NCBI RefSeq assembly: GCF_009914755.1 | Contig: NC_060929.1 | Reading direction: 5' to 3' (one strand) | Origin: the human T2T-CHM13v2.0 reference genome, Homo sapiens | Length of the DNA: 64,000 bases | Shown here: positions 30,401-44,038 of the stretch, piece after piece | How the letters are laid out: the number at the start of each line of letters is the position of its first letter | How positions within the stretch are numbered: the first letter of the stretch is position 1 | Program-made: the position numbers and the translations under genes | Notes under the pieces: generated by a model | The model's input: only the letters and a program-made list of their open reading frames with translations | What the model was told of the DNA's origin: nothing | The model's database searches: none

Positions 30401-32294
30401 CTACAAAAGAGATGAGGGAAAACAAAGCAACCCAGAATGAAAAAAATTGTGGACTTTTGTACCTGTATTTAAAATTTGGACTCCTTCTTATGCCAGGCAA
30501 ACCTCTGATACTAATACTGTGTTAACACTAAATGTACTGTACCTCCTATTTTCTTTTCTTTCAATATTATTTTCTAAGGCTTTCATTTTCTAAAAATCTC
30601 ATCTTAGCCACGTTGTTCTCTTTTCTCTTTTAAAAAAATCCTTAAAAATAAATTCTTGTAGATCCCATTGACTATGAAAATATTTCATTTTAGGAGTTAT
30701 CATGTATAATAATGTGAGCCACGTGCTTAGCTAATTATCATAGCTGTTACCTGTTTGGTTCCTTCAGCAAAAAATTGTCAAATTCAAAAGTTTACATTCA
30801 GAAGTTGAAGAATATGATTGGATTTTTAATCTTAAGAGTCTAAGCACCTGCCTTTGATAACTCTTTGTAGCATATATGTTAACATTCTTACCAAGGGTGT
30901 TTGAGCTGTACCAATTACCTCAGTGTCTGTCCTTGGAAAAAAAAAATGTCACTCTTTACTAATTGATCTCAGCATCCAGGAGCAGTTCATCAACTATAAT
31001 CACAACTTTAAATTCTTCTGCATTTGAATTAAGGGATACAGAGGGACTAGATTAAATGAAGTTAGATGTCTCCTAAGAGTGGGCTTTGGTGTGGAGTCAG
31101 CATAAATAAGAGTAAGTGCAGTATATAATGAATAACTCAAGTGGGAAGTTATGGGAAAGAAATACAGTAAGGCTTGGTGTATAATGAATAATTCTGGCTG
31201 TGAACACTCTGAATGATGATAGCTCACCGTCCTCCTCCCCATATTTTAAAGGTGAAATTTAAAATGAAGAAAACTTGAGAATGCTCCTCATCAGGAGAAC
31301 ACTAGAATACAAAAACCAGTACAAGTATTTTGAAGCGACTATATTAGAGATAAAACTTCTTGATTCAAACTTAAGGTTTGTCCAGACCAGTTTCACATCA
31401 GACATGGTTTCCTTTTCAACAATAAAAATCTTTTCTAATATAATCACATCGACAGAAATATTGGTCAGACTGAAAGCAAGTCGACTAGTTATTTCTTTAT
31501 GATGACCTATTTCAGTTCTCTTTAAGCTACTTACAAATGTTCCAAAATAGTTTAGACTTTCAACTGCCATTTTTATAAAAAGTTTTCAAAGACAAATTTT
31601 AACTAGCAAAATATATGAAGTATTTTTTTTACTAAGCTACAGATGTAGTTTCCAATTCCTGTAACTTTGGGCCTCCTTCTACAGGCTTGATAGCTATAAA
31701 ATAAAACCAGTTATTATTTAATTCAGTGGTTAACTACACTCTTTTAGAACGTTCGAAGGTCATGAAATTAATGTTCTACCCTTGTGAAATGAAAGCCTGA
31801 AAGCTGAGAAGTTAACTCAGCATATTTTAGTAAGACTTAACTGCAGGCTATATATACACTTGGAATAGAAGTGTTCGGATCTCTGTATTAAGGATGTCAG
31901 CATTTCCATTAAAAATAGCCTAGGTAAGGAGTTTAACTAGATTCAGTCATTGCATTTCTTTGGTTAGAGTTACTTAGGCTAAAATATTCTCAAATATACA
32001 TATTCTGATTATCTGATTGCTTCAATTGATGAATATATTTAAATACAGAATTTGAGTCCCTCTCCTAGATATGTTTCCTTTCATTTGTAATTCATCATTT
32101 ATTTAATGAAATAACCACATTGTGTCTTTAGCCTTTAAGAATTTCCTTTCTTAAAAGAATTATGTGTGTGTGCATTTTGAGACAGCCTAATGTGAAGGAT
32201 CATTTGAAAAAAGCTTAGTTGCTTCTAACTTCAAACTCCCTTGGTAAAACACCCACTCAGGGAACAGAACGAAACAAAAAAACTGCAGGAGATT

Positions 32295-32313
32295 TAACAC
32301 TAGGGGGCACTAA
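32295..32313 (+). promoter_or_regulatory. CTCF-like core motif
   Basis: acactagggggcact vs consensus CCASYAGRKGGCRS; mismatch at the first C. Confidence 0.55.
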
Positions 32314-32729
32314 GAACCTCCTCTAAACTTTTCTGTCCTTTCCTTCTCAAATTGTATGCTGGTTGTCAGTCCCCGCTTTATTTATTATCTTTAGGTGTTA
32401 GTACCCTTCTCTTGATTTGGTTAGTAGATTTGTCTGTGAGAAGGCCAAGGAGTGAATGGAGAAATGGCATGTCAGCTTGTATTTTCAGTATTGGACAAAA
32501 TGTACTGTAAGAGAAGATCCTGCATTCTCCCACATAGAGACATCTACTTCTCTGGTATTACATATTTTAGTAAAATACGTGATCCTTAAATGAGACACTT
32601 ACAGACACAACTTATAGAATCCCCCAAAGGCAAGCTTAAATTGCCATTTTCTGTTATTCATATGTGCAAATGTGGCTTGTTGTAATAGCCCATCCTTAAC
32701 AAAAATTATTTTACTGTACCACTGCCCAG

Positions 32730-32960
32730 TAATAATGATGACTAAAATTGATTTAACATTTTCTTTGTATCCAACACAGTACCAAGCACTTCATTAGGAT
32801 TTTCTCTTTTAACTTTTTAACACAGTCCTATGATGTTGAATAGGTTACTTCCTTTACTTTGTAGATGAGGAAAATCAGACATGGGAAGATTAACTTGCTC
32901 AAAGATAAAATAATTAATAAGGGTGACAGCATGTCCACAATGCAAGTGTCTGTGATACCA
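32730..32960 (-). mobile_element. MIR
   Basis: MIR core 'ctttgtagatgaggaaaatcaga...taacttgctcaaagat'. Confidence 0.7.
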
Positions 32961-33486
32961 ACATTTTTAAAATTTTGATTTATCATACATTGAACATTTG
33001 GCTCATATTCATAATTAGCTTTGATTTAAAATATTCCCTTCTATATGTCAGACCATATGTTCTGCTTTTGTTTCAGAAAATATAATTGCCATTATTTTTT
33101 TAAAAACTGTAAAGCTAGAAAGTATTATGTAATATGCAAGTAATGTGTTTAGAATTATATTATTTGACCAAAAATGTTTATGCTGCTTCAAAAATCCTAG
33201 TGTACTTGAAAAATTTTTCTTGGTTACAAATTCTCTCTATATATTTACATGGTCCATCACTGAATGCGATAGGCACCTATAATGGGTCAAATACTATGAG
33301 ACATATATGCCATACAGTGCCACTTCCAATGTCCTCAAGGGTCAGAAATATACACACAAAATATATGGAAGATTGGTCAAACAATGAGTAATGCTTTATA
33401 AGGAAATACATTAGAATTTCGGCAAGAGGGCAGTTGACTGTGTTCTGAGATGGCCAAGGAAAGAATTAGATAACAATGGGGTTTGG

Positions 33487-33544
33487 CCTGCACATTTCTG
33501 CACATGCACCCGAGAACTTAAGGTATAATAAAAATAAATAAATA
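33487..33544 (+). mobile_element. Ultra-short L1PA 3' tip
   Basis: cctgcacatttctgcacatgcacccgagaacttaaggtataat plus A-rich tail; 15-bp TSD aacaatggggtttgg. Confidence 0.88.
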
Positions 33545-33984
33545 AACAATGGGGTTTGGATTAGGCTTCAAAGAATGGGGAAAGGGAGAAGTGTAGAGGA
33601 AAGGAAGCAGATTTCCAGCAAGGTAACTATGTTAACTAAAAGTCGTTTCTTAGAGATGAAAATGGAAAATGTTATGATTATTGGGGAGATATAGGTTCCA
33701 TAGGAGATCAACAGTAGAGAATAAAAAACGATAGATCAAAATGGAAAGATGGCTGACCAAAATTTTAGACTTTAATCTTTATCCTTTCACAAATTATTGT
33801 AAAGATACTAATGGTTATGTAAAAACCATGTTCATGGAGATTGATCTTGTGTGTGACTAATATATTGCAGAAGAAGGAGATAGGGATTGCAGTTAGGAGA
33901 CTTTTACAACAATCCAGGCCCCTTGAAAAGTTAAAAAGGACCGATTTAAGTCCTGACAGTGAAAAAAAAGAAATAAACCATACA

Positions 33985-34310
33985 TTTTATTTAATATAAC
34001 AGCTTTAATGAGATATAATTAACATACCATAAAATTCACTCCTTTAAAATGTACAATGCTATGTTTACAGTATCTTCTCAGAGCTATGCAACAGTTGCCA
34101 CTAAATATAGAGCATCTTTATCATCCATGAGAGAAACCCCATATCAATTAGGTCACTTCCCGTGCCTCGTTTTCCCCAGACCCTGGCAACCACTAATCTC
34201 CTGTGTGTGTTTATGAATTTACCTATTCTGGACAATTTAGGTGATAGAATCAAATAAGTCCTTTTGTGACTGGCTTTTTTCACTTAGCATGTTTACTAGG
34301 TTCCTCTTTG
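33985..34310 (-). mobile_element. L1MB-type 3' end
   Basis: 'cagctttaatgagatataatt...ccctggcaaccactaatct...ctggcttttttcacttagcat'. Confidence 0.85.
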
Positions 34311-36839
34311 TGTATAAACTTTTTATAGGTTTTGATTAAGTAGCAGTGCCTGTTTCATATAAATCTTTAGTCAATCTTAGTTACAATCTTAATTACTAAG
34401 TATGGTATGTCTACGTTATTATTTCAAATCTCCTTTTCTTAAAAGTTGTACTACTGACTGAACAACATTAAGTACATAGGTGGCTGGTAGTACACAAGTA
34501 GACTTAGCCAAATTAGGCATAAGTGGTAGTTTTTAAGGGTTCTTTAAGTATAATTTTGTGACTTGAGGAAGTGAAATATTTTGTCTCAGGTACAAAACTG
34601 AGCCTGTCTCAGCGCTATAGCCACAACCCAAAAAGTTACTTAATATGAAATGAGTGTTGGACTAGATATGATCTAAACTTCTCTCACCAACTAAAAAATT
34701 CTTTGTGTTCAGATAATTAGCAGAATATTTTCCCTGACCTACATCAATCTTCAGTCTTAGCATTATTGATGAACAATTGTTATACAGTTATTTTAAACTT
34801 ATGATTCACTGTCCATCATAGAAATATGATTTCAAAACTATTTAACGTTTTCTTTGTGACAAGCAAGCCAATATTTATCTGATAATTTTAATATCTATTG
34901 CAGATAAAAAATTTTTTTGTTTTGCTCTTTAAAATGTAGATATTTTTTCCCTTTCTCTCAAAGTACAAGTATTTTCATTAAAGTTTCCTGCCTTTGGCAC
35001 TTGGACATCCCACACTTTTTAATACAAAAATATATATTGCATTTATCATTACATTTTGCTTTTTCAGAAAACTAAAACTTGCGTCACTTAAGGCAAATAA
35101 TATTATGAAAAACAACTGTAGATGAGGCTTCACACTCAGTCTACCAGGAATGACAGAGTGTCATACCCAAAGATATTCTTCTTTATATATATTCATAAGA
35201 ATAAGTACTGGAATCGAATTGTTTTCAGGCTTTCAATGTGAATTTTGTCTGAATGTATATAAGTTAAACATTTTTGAGGCAGTTATTTTCTATTATAGAT
35301 ACCTTCACAATGAAAGAAAAATATGTTACTTCTATAATGGACTCATCCTGAGGCCAATTTGCATATCAGTATATATTTCTTTACACTATGAGATATGTTC
35401 AACACAAATCATGAATACTATTGTTGCCTGAAACTCTTTAAAAGTAGAGGGGGAAAAATGTTTGAAAATGCTGAAGAAGAAATTAGTAATTGTCTATATA
35501 ACGACCTCCTAGTCAGTACAAAAACATTATTGAAAAAATATAAGAAAGGGGGAAAAAGCAAGTTCAAATATAATGTACAGATATTTGTTAAAAGTGAGCA
35601 TTTTTATTATAACATATTATTTTATAGAGAGCAAAATGTATAGGTGATGACATAAATATTAATGAATGCAGTTAGCTGTTATCTCTATGTCATGGCAAAT
35701 TGTCCAATTTTTATACATCTCTGACTTAGATTTAGTTAGAAATCAAGATTTAGATTTAGTTATAAATTTCAATTTCTAATCAAATTCCTTAATCAATTTT
35801 TATATTTATAAAATCAACTTCAATTTATTTTATGTCTTGTTCACTTGTCTCTCTTTCCTTCTTTGGCTTTGTTTATTTGTGTAGCACATAGCCAGTTGTT
35901 ATTCTTCAGAAGATGTTTGGAATAAATATGTTGCAAAAATGTGCTCCCCAAATAAAGTTGCAACAGTGAAGTGAACAAATGTATCAACTATACACATATT
36001 TTGAAGACATAAAGTTAACCCTCCCCCTAGGTCAAAAATAGTGGCAGGCAGTTTCCTAAGAGAAAAAACTAATGGCTTCATATAAAATTTTCTGAGATGA
36101 TATGAAGATAGGTGTTAAATGACCATGTTTCTTTTTTGGCTTAATTATGTTCCTTTTCAAAATGTATTGTTAACTGTTATTTTGTAGGATGAAGATGACT
36201 AAGCAATTTCTGGACATTCACCCCTCTGGAGGCTTAGATTTCATAGTGTGAAAATGAATGTGCTATGTGTTGCATTATACTCTCTGAATAAAATCCTGAT
36301 TACCTATGCAACAAGGACCACAGGGGGCACGGGATAGAATTATGAAATCAGTTATGGAATATGCATTTAGAACAGAAGTAACTCTGCCCAAATAACCCAG
36401 GAGGAAGAAAAGGACTTCTCCACAAGGGCAAGTACACATAGAATAACTGCAAAGCAACCAAGAACTTCAATGCACACTAAATTGGCCATCATTATTTTAA
36501 TGAGCTGGCTGTAATTTTTAAAAGCATTTGCTTTTGTAGGCAGATGCATAAAATCTGTTCTAATGGGGTCATTTATTAATTTGCCTAAAGATTATTTCTT
36601 GTGACGAAAGCCTAATGGATTTAATAGAATGCATCTTTAAGTAGCAGGGCCTAAAATTTGTGTGTGTGTGTCTGTGTGTTTAATTTCAAATCTTTCTATT
36701 GTGCATTGCACCAAAATTTTCCATGTTAATCATCTTTTCTTATGTTCAAATTATTAGAACTCTAAATTCAATAAGGTTTTCTATGATCGTTGTTTTGGTT
36801 ACTGAGAACCTAATGTTTTTGCATATTGCTTTCTACTTG

Positions 36840-37095
36840 ACCTTCTTTAGATCTATGTTCTATTCTTGCACACTGTGAAAGACTGCCTGACCTCGTCATT
36901 GAAAGTCTCCAAGCTTATTACTCTCTCTTTCCCTTATCTACTTTATTTTTCTTCAATGCACTTATTACCTTGTTTATATGTTTTCTCAGTAGGAATTAAG
37001 CTTCATAAGGGCCTCTGCCCTTTGCTTAATGCTGTCACCCTGGAGACTGGCATGTTGTAGGTGCTCAATAAATATTTGTTAGGGGAATGAATAAA
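36840..37095 (+). mobile_element. L2 3' end
   Basis: 'gtaggtgctcaataaatatttgtt...gaatgaat'. Confidence 0.8.
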
Positions 37096-37785
37096 AATAC
37101 AAAAGCTAGACAAACGGAATTCATTCCAATTCACTTTCAAAATGCTGGTCATTTTTTTTAAAGGATGTAATCATCAGCTTTAATGCACTTCCATATGAGG
37201 AGTTATCTTTATGGATGTTCTCTACAATAATTCAGCATTGTCCTAGTTTAGGCCTTCATTTTATCATACTAAGACTCTGCAACACCCTCTTAATGGTTCT
37301 TTTTTGGTTTCAGACTTCTTAACTTCAGTCTGATTTTACAATATTTCTGGATATCTTTTTAAAGTGAATAAGGACCATGCCACCATTCCGTGTATGCTCC
37401 TACCAGCCGCATGTCCTCAAAATAGAGTATGAGACTAATTCTGGCTATTGCCCGGACATGAGATGAAGGTATAAATTCCTGCCTTTTTGGTAAGGTTACA
37501 TGTTATTTCATTAAAACGTAAATCATGCTTATTCTGTGTCTCAGCAATACCTTTTATGAAGGTCATTTTTATTAAAGCAAAATTCCCAGTATGGTGCCGG
37601 TAGACACCAAGAATGTTTGGCACAGCTTTGCTTATAATTGCAACAAATTGGAAACAATCTGAAATCCAACTGTCCACCAAAAAGCAATGATAAATCCATA
37701 TTATGGATCATTATGCAGGTAGCACAAAAAAATGAAGTAGATATTTATGTACTAAACAAAAGGAATGTCCAAGTAGAGCAAAAAT

Positions 37786-38160
37786 TAAGTTTCAGAGTAA
37801 TGTTTCTAATACCTTATTTTTTAAGGGAAGAGAGAGAAAGAGAGAGACAGAGATGGAGAGAGGAGGAGAAAGAATGCTATAACAACAAATTTTGAAGTTC
37901 ATACATGATTTCATAATTAAAATTTTAAAATATGTGTATTTGATCAATGTCTTTTAAGTTAAATGTACAATAAGTTTCAGAGTGATGTCTCTAATATCTC
38001 ATTTTTGAGAGGAGAGAGTGAGGAAGAAAGAGACACAGAAAGAGGAGGAGAAAGAATGCTATAACAACAAATTTGAACTTCATACATGATTTCATAATTA
38101 AAATATTAAAATATTAAAATATGTTATTTGGTTAATATCTTTTAAGTTAAATGTACAATA
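37786..38160. repeat. Tandem duplication with ~185-bp unit (37786-37970 / 37971-38160)
   Basis: Both copies run taagtttcagag...gaggaggagaaagaatgctataacaacaaa...ttaaatgtacaa. Confidence 0.92.
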
Positions 38161-39399
38161 TCTTGCTCTATGGTAATATATGTGCTTTAAAATGTAGGAA
38201 ATACAGATGCTTAAATATAGAAAGAACTTAAAATTACACATATTTTTTGTATTAATGAGAAAGCTGATATTGAAAAAAGTTATTGGACAAAGGTCACATA
38301 GTATGTTTAAGGTAAAATTAGAGATAAACTTATATCTCTTGACATTTTGACTGGTAATCTTTCTAATGAGACTTGTTACCTCTCAAGGAGAATATTTGCT
38401 TCTTGTTTGGGCTTGAGTTTGCTTAATTATTATTGATTATAATGTCAATTATATGCAGAACCAGAGAATACTTTGTCAAGAATAAAAATGCCACCAAAAA
38501 GCCAAAATAATTAGATTTGTATTGATTTAATTTGAAGAAGGAACTATAACTTTTTTAAAAAGTATGATTAAAAATTACAATTAGATAAGATAATGAATTT
38601 TAATATACTTTGACACATTAATCACATAGAAAACATTTCAAAGTTATTCAAGTTTACAGGGAAAAGAAAACAATGTGCCTAAGCTGAAATTTAAAAATAG
38701 ACTGCGTATTGTTATGACTGTCATCATAAGTAATTGAATATGCCAACTGATTTCTGTGATCAATTATCACATGGTAATATAGCTGCGACTTCAGATTCAC
38801 CTACATTGCATACTGTCTAGACATGGGCTCAATTTAAAGTGTCATAAATACCTTTTTTGTTTGTGTACATAGAATATATGTGGAACTGGACAAAACGAAA
38901 GCCAAATAAAATGCTTCAGAAATTATATTTTACCCTAGACTACTCTCTGCCATGCATTAATGGCTGTATTTAGAATAGTTTCTGATTTATTTAGAGCTTT
39001 GCAACTGCATTTTTATCAGGTAAAATATATGACTTCTCACATATCAGAACGCTTTGATGATATGATATTGAAATACAAAGTCATTGCTTTTGCCTTGGTT
39101 GAAAAAAAGAAAGAGTTAGGGGGGACAGCAAACCAAACTTTCCCTAAAATCCAAAAGAAGAGTGATAAAACAGCTTTGTATTTTTTGATTGCCAATTCAG
39201 CTATTTGGTAACTATAAGCAGGAGCTGCCTGAATAGGAGAGTGCAGTATTAGTACCCTTAAAAAGATGAAGGAAATGTTTATGACCCTGACTTGAATGCA
39301 GTGTGTATTGTGCATAATCTATGGGACAGTGACATTGGGAGATGCATGGACTCTGGCTTTGAATTCCTTAAAACTTTCCAGACCTATAAGATACTCAAT

Positions 39400-40200
39400 A
39401 ATATTTTTTATAAAATATATATGTATAAAGATAACATATAAGTATTAGCACATGCCAGTGCAGTCATTGTGCTAGCATTTATATGTTATTTGTATGTTAT
39501 TCAGACACATATTATTTATACATATAAATAACATTTATGCCTATAAATACACATAAATATAAGCATGTATTTATAGGTATAAATAACATATGTATAAGTA
39601 ACACATAAATAGAAATATGTATTTATAGGTTATAAATAGCATGTATAAATAACACATCAATAACATATAAATGTTATTTGTATGGATGAATAACACATCA
39701 ATAACATATAAATACTAGCACAGTGACTGCACTTGCTTGTGCTAATATGTATGTTTATTTTTATACATATCTTTTATAAATAACATGTACATATTTATAA
39801 AATATTTATAAAACACACATTTTATATTTATACATTTTTATATATCCATAAAATATGTATATTATATATTTATAAAATATTTATAAAATATGTGTTATTT
39901 ATACCTATAAATACATATTTATATGTTATGCTATTTATATACCATATAAATATGTTTCCATATAACATAAAATAACATAAATATGAATTTATAAGTATAA
40001 ATAACATAAATATCTATATACTACATAAATATTAACATGTTTTATAAAATAAATTATAAATATAAATTAACATATATAGTGTAGCATACAAATACTATGA
40101 AGTCTTACTTAAGTCTTATTTCATAGCAAGTTTATGTAACACATAAATACTTAATATAATTATATATTAAACCTGACTTCCTATGAAGTAAGACTTCATC
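39400..40200. repeat. AT-rich low-complexity region with nested inverted repeats
   Basis: ~39443-39490 is the reverse complement of ~39700-39747; further short inverted copies near 40097 and 40187. Confidence 0.85.
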
Positions 40201-40229
40201 CAATACTTTCAACCACTAAAACCAGATGA

Positions 40230-40740
<511 letters not shown>

Positions 40741-40942
40741 TAATGAGTTAGTAATTAATTGGACTTTACATCTAATGCTTTGAATCTACCAGAGGATTCT
40801 AGAGAGGAGTAGGCATTGCATTAAATAAAGACTGAAAATGAATATTTTTATTATAGCAATGGTTGTGAAACTGAAAAGAGTGAATTAAAAAGATAAAGTA
40901 AATTTGTCAGATTAGACTATTCTACATAAAATATTGATTTTC

Positions 40943-42513
40943 TTTTTTTAATTATACTTTAAGTTTTAGGGTACATGTGCACAATGTGCAGGTTTGTTAC
41001 ATATGTATACATGTGCCATGTTGGTGTGCTGCACACATTAACTTGTCATTTAACATTAGGTATATCTCCTAATGCTATCCCTCCCCACTGCCCCCACCCC
41101 ACAACAGGCCCCGGTGTGATGTTCCCCATCCTGTGTCCATGTGTTCTTATTGTTCAATTCCGACCTATGAGTGAGAACATGTGGTGTTTGGTTTTTTTGT
41201 CCTTGCGATAGTTTGCTGAGAATGATGGTTTCCAGCTTCATCCATGTCCCTACAAAGGACATGAACTCATCATTTTTCACAGCTGCATAGTATTCCATGG
41301 TGTGTATGTGCCACATTTTCTTAATCCAGTCTATCATTGTTGGACATTTGGGTTGGTTCCAAGTCTTTGCTATTGTGAATAGTGCTGCAATAAACATACA
41401 TGTGCATGTGTCTTTATAGCAGCATGTTTTACAATCCTCTGGGTATACACCCAGTAATGGGATGGCTGGGTCAAATGGTATTTCTAGTTCTAGATCCCTG
41501 AGGAATCGCCACACCGACTTCCACAATGGTTGAACTAGTTTACAGTCCCACCAACAGTGTAAAAGTGTTCCTATTTCTCCACATCCTCTCCAGCACCTGT
41601 TGTTTCCTGACTTTTTACTGATCGCCATTCTAACTGGTGTGAGATGGTATCTCATTGTGGTTTTGATTTGCATTTCTCTGATGGCCAGTGATGATGAGCA
41701 TTTTATAGATTCAATGCCATCCCCATCAAGCTACCAATGACTTTCTTCATAGAATTGGTAAAACTACTTTAAAGTTCATATGGAATCAAAAAGACGCCCA
41801 CATTGCCAAGTCGATCCTAAGCCAAAAGAACAAAGCTGGAGTCATCACACTCCCTGACTTCAAACTATACTACAAGGCTACAGTAACCAAAACAGCATGG
41901 TACTGGTACCAAAACAGACATATAGACCAATGGAACAGAACAGAGCCCTCAGAAATAATGCCACATATCTACAACTATCTGATCTTTGACGAAGCTGACA
42001 AAAACAAGCAATGGGGAAAGGATTCCCTATTTAATAAATGGTGCTGGGAAAACTGGCTAGCCGTATGTAGAAAGCTGAAACTGGATCCCTTCCTTACACC
42101 TTATACAAAAATTAATTCAAGATGGATTAAAGACTTAAATGTTAGACCTAAAACCATAAAAACTCTAGAAGAAAAACTAGGCATTACCATTCAGGGCATA
42201 GGCATGGGCAAGGACTTCATGTCTAAAACACCAAAAGCAATGGGAACAAAAGCCAAAATAGACAAATGGGATCTAATTAAACTAAAGAACTTCTGCACAG
42301 CAAAAGAAACTGCCATCAGAGTGAACAGGCAACCTACAGTATGGGAGAAAATTTTTGCAATCTTGTCGTCTGACAAAGGGCTAATATCCAGAATCTACAA
42401 AGAACTCAAAGAAATTTACAAGAAAAAAACAAACAACCCCATCAAAAAGTGGGGGAAGGATATGAACAGACACTTCTCAAAAGAAGACATTTACGCAGCC
42501 AAAAGATACATAA
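40943..42513 (-). mobile_element. L1PA (approx. PA3-5), 5'-truncated with 5' inversion
   Basis: 40943-~41703 is the antisense 3' end (ORF 41056-41673 = ORF2 C-terminus); ~41704-42513 is sense upstream ORF2 (ORF 41958-42539); TSD aaaatattgattttctt. Confidence 0.95.
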
Positions 42514-42944
42514 AAAATATTGATTTTCTTATAAAATAATGCTATTTAACTAAAATAATATTTTAATAAAAACAATTTAATTGAAAATATTTTAAATTGA
42601 TACTAATGTATTTTTATTACAACTTGTTTGGCTTCTGTTTCCGCCTTGCTCCTCCCTGCTAATCGTCTTTCTCTCTCTTTCCTAAATACCTCCAGTTTCA
42701 AATCTCATGCATTAAACTATACCATGCATTTTCTGTTTTTGCTGCACTTACCTTGTGAGTCTTAACTTTCTTACCTTCATTCCTTAAAGATGTAGTTTCT
42801 GGTTCTTGGTTATTTCTTCCCCTTTTTCCTACTCGTGAACATTATTCTACCAATTATCCTCTTCCTCTTGCACCATTATTTTATTTCTTACTACTGGATA
42901 ATTCCAAAAATTATACAAACTTTTCTATATTAACACAGAAAAGC

Positions 42945-42948
<4 letters not shown>

Positions 42949-42990
<42 letters not shown>
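42949..42990. repeat. (CA)n microsatellite
   Basis: About 21 units. Confidence 0.98.
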
Positions 42991-42992
<2 letters not shown>

Positions 42993-43676
42993 AAAACCTC
43001 TCTTGACCCAACATTTCCCTTAAGCTCCATACTTTATTCTCTGCTCTCCATTTAAAGGAATAATCTTTGAAAGAATTTTCTATTCTTGATACCCACAAAT
43101 ACTACTCTTTCTTTCCCTCTAAACTCATCTTAGTTCTACCACTTCACCATTTCTTTTTTGTATAGATCACTAATAACTTACATGTTGCTGAATTCAATCC
43201 AGTTTTTAATCTTCATATCACCTGTCTTGTCATCAGCATTTAACAGAAATCACTCCATTTTCCTTGACAGACCTTCTTCACTTGGTTTCCAGGACATCAC
43301 TCTCTTAGGTTTTCTCCTACCTCACTGGGTGGCCCTTCGTGGTCCCCATTGTTAGATTCCACTCATCTCCCAAATCTCTCACATTGGAGTGTACAATTTC
43401 AGCTCCAAGCCTTCTCTATCTGAACTCACTCCTTTTGCAATATTCTCAAGTCTCATAGCTTTAATTACCATTTATTTGATGATGATTCAAAAATTTTATA
43501 TACAACTTAAATTTTTTCTTAAACTCCAAATTTAATTATAAACTACCTATTGGATGCCTGTTAGATTCACCTGGAAATTTAATTTAATAGGCACCTCAAA
43601 TTTAACATGCCCCCAAATAAATTTCTAATCTTTTCCCCAAGTCATATTACTCCAGAGCTGTTTCCTACTTAGGTAA

Positions 43677-44038
43677 TGGATCAGTCCGTTCTCACACTGC
43701 CATAAGCATACTACCTGAGACTGGGTGATTTATAAAGAAAGGAGGTTTAATTGACTCACAGTTCCACATGGCTGGGGAGGCCTCAGGAAACTTACAATCA
43801 TGGCAGAAGCTGGAGGGGAAGCAAGTCACATCTTACGTGGTGGCAGGAGAGAGAGAGTGCAGGGGAAATTGCCACGTTTAAACCATCAGATCTCATGAGA
43901 ACTCCCTCACTGTCATGAGAACAGCATGGGGGAACCGCCTCCATGATCCAATCACCTCTCACCAGTTCTCTTCTTTGACACGTGGGGAGTACAATTTGAG
44001 AAGAGATTTGGGTGGGGACACAGAACCAAACCATATCA
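43677..44038 (-). mobile_element. THE1 MaLR solo LTR
   Basis: 'tacctgagactgggt...aaaggaggtttaattgactcacagttcc...ccaaaccatatca'; TSD GGTAA. Confidence 0.92.

Noticed and set aside
31259-31570. Overlapping 103-aa and 75-aa ORFs in unique DNA
   Set aside because: No recognisable domain; composition typical of chance ORFs in AT-rich DNA
32283-32288. CTGCAG as the CTCF upstream motif
   Set aside because: Spacing to the core appears shorter than the canonical arrangement
41056-42539. Two longest ORFs (205 aa and 193 aa)
   Set aside because: Fragments of L1 ORF2 in a truncated, inverted element; not host genes
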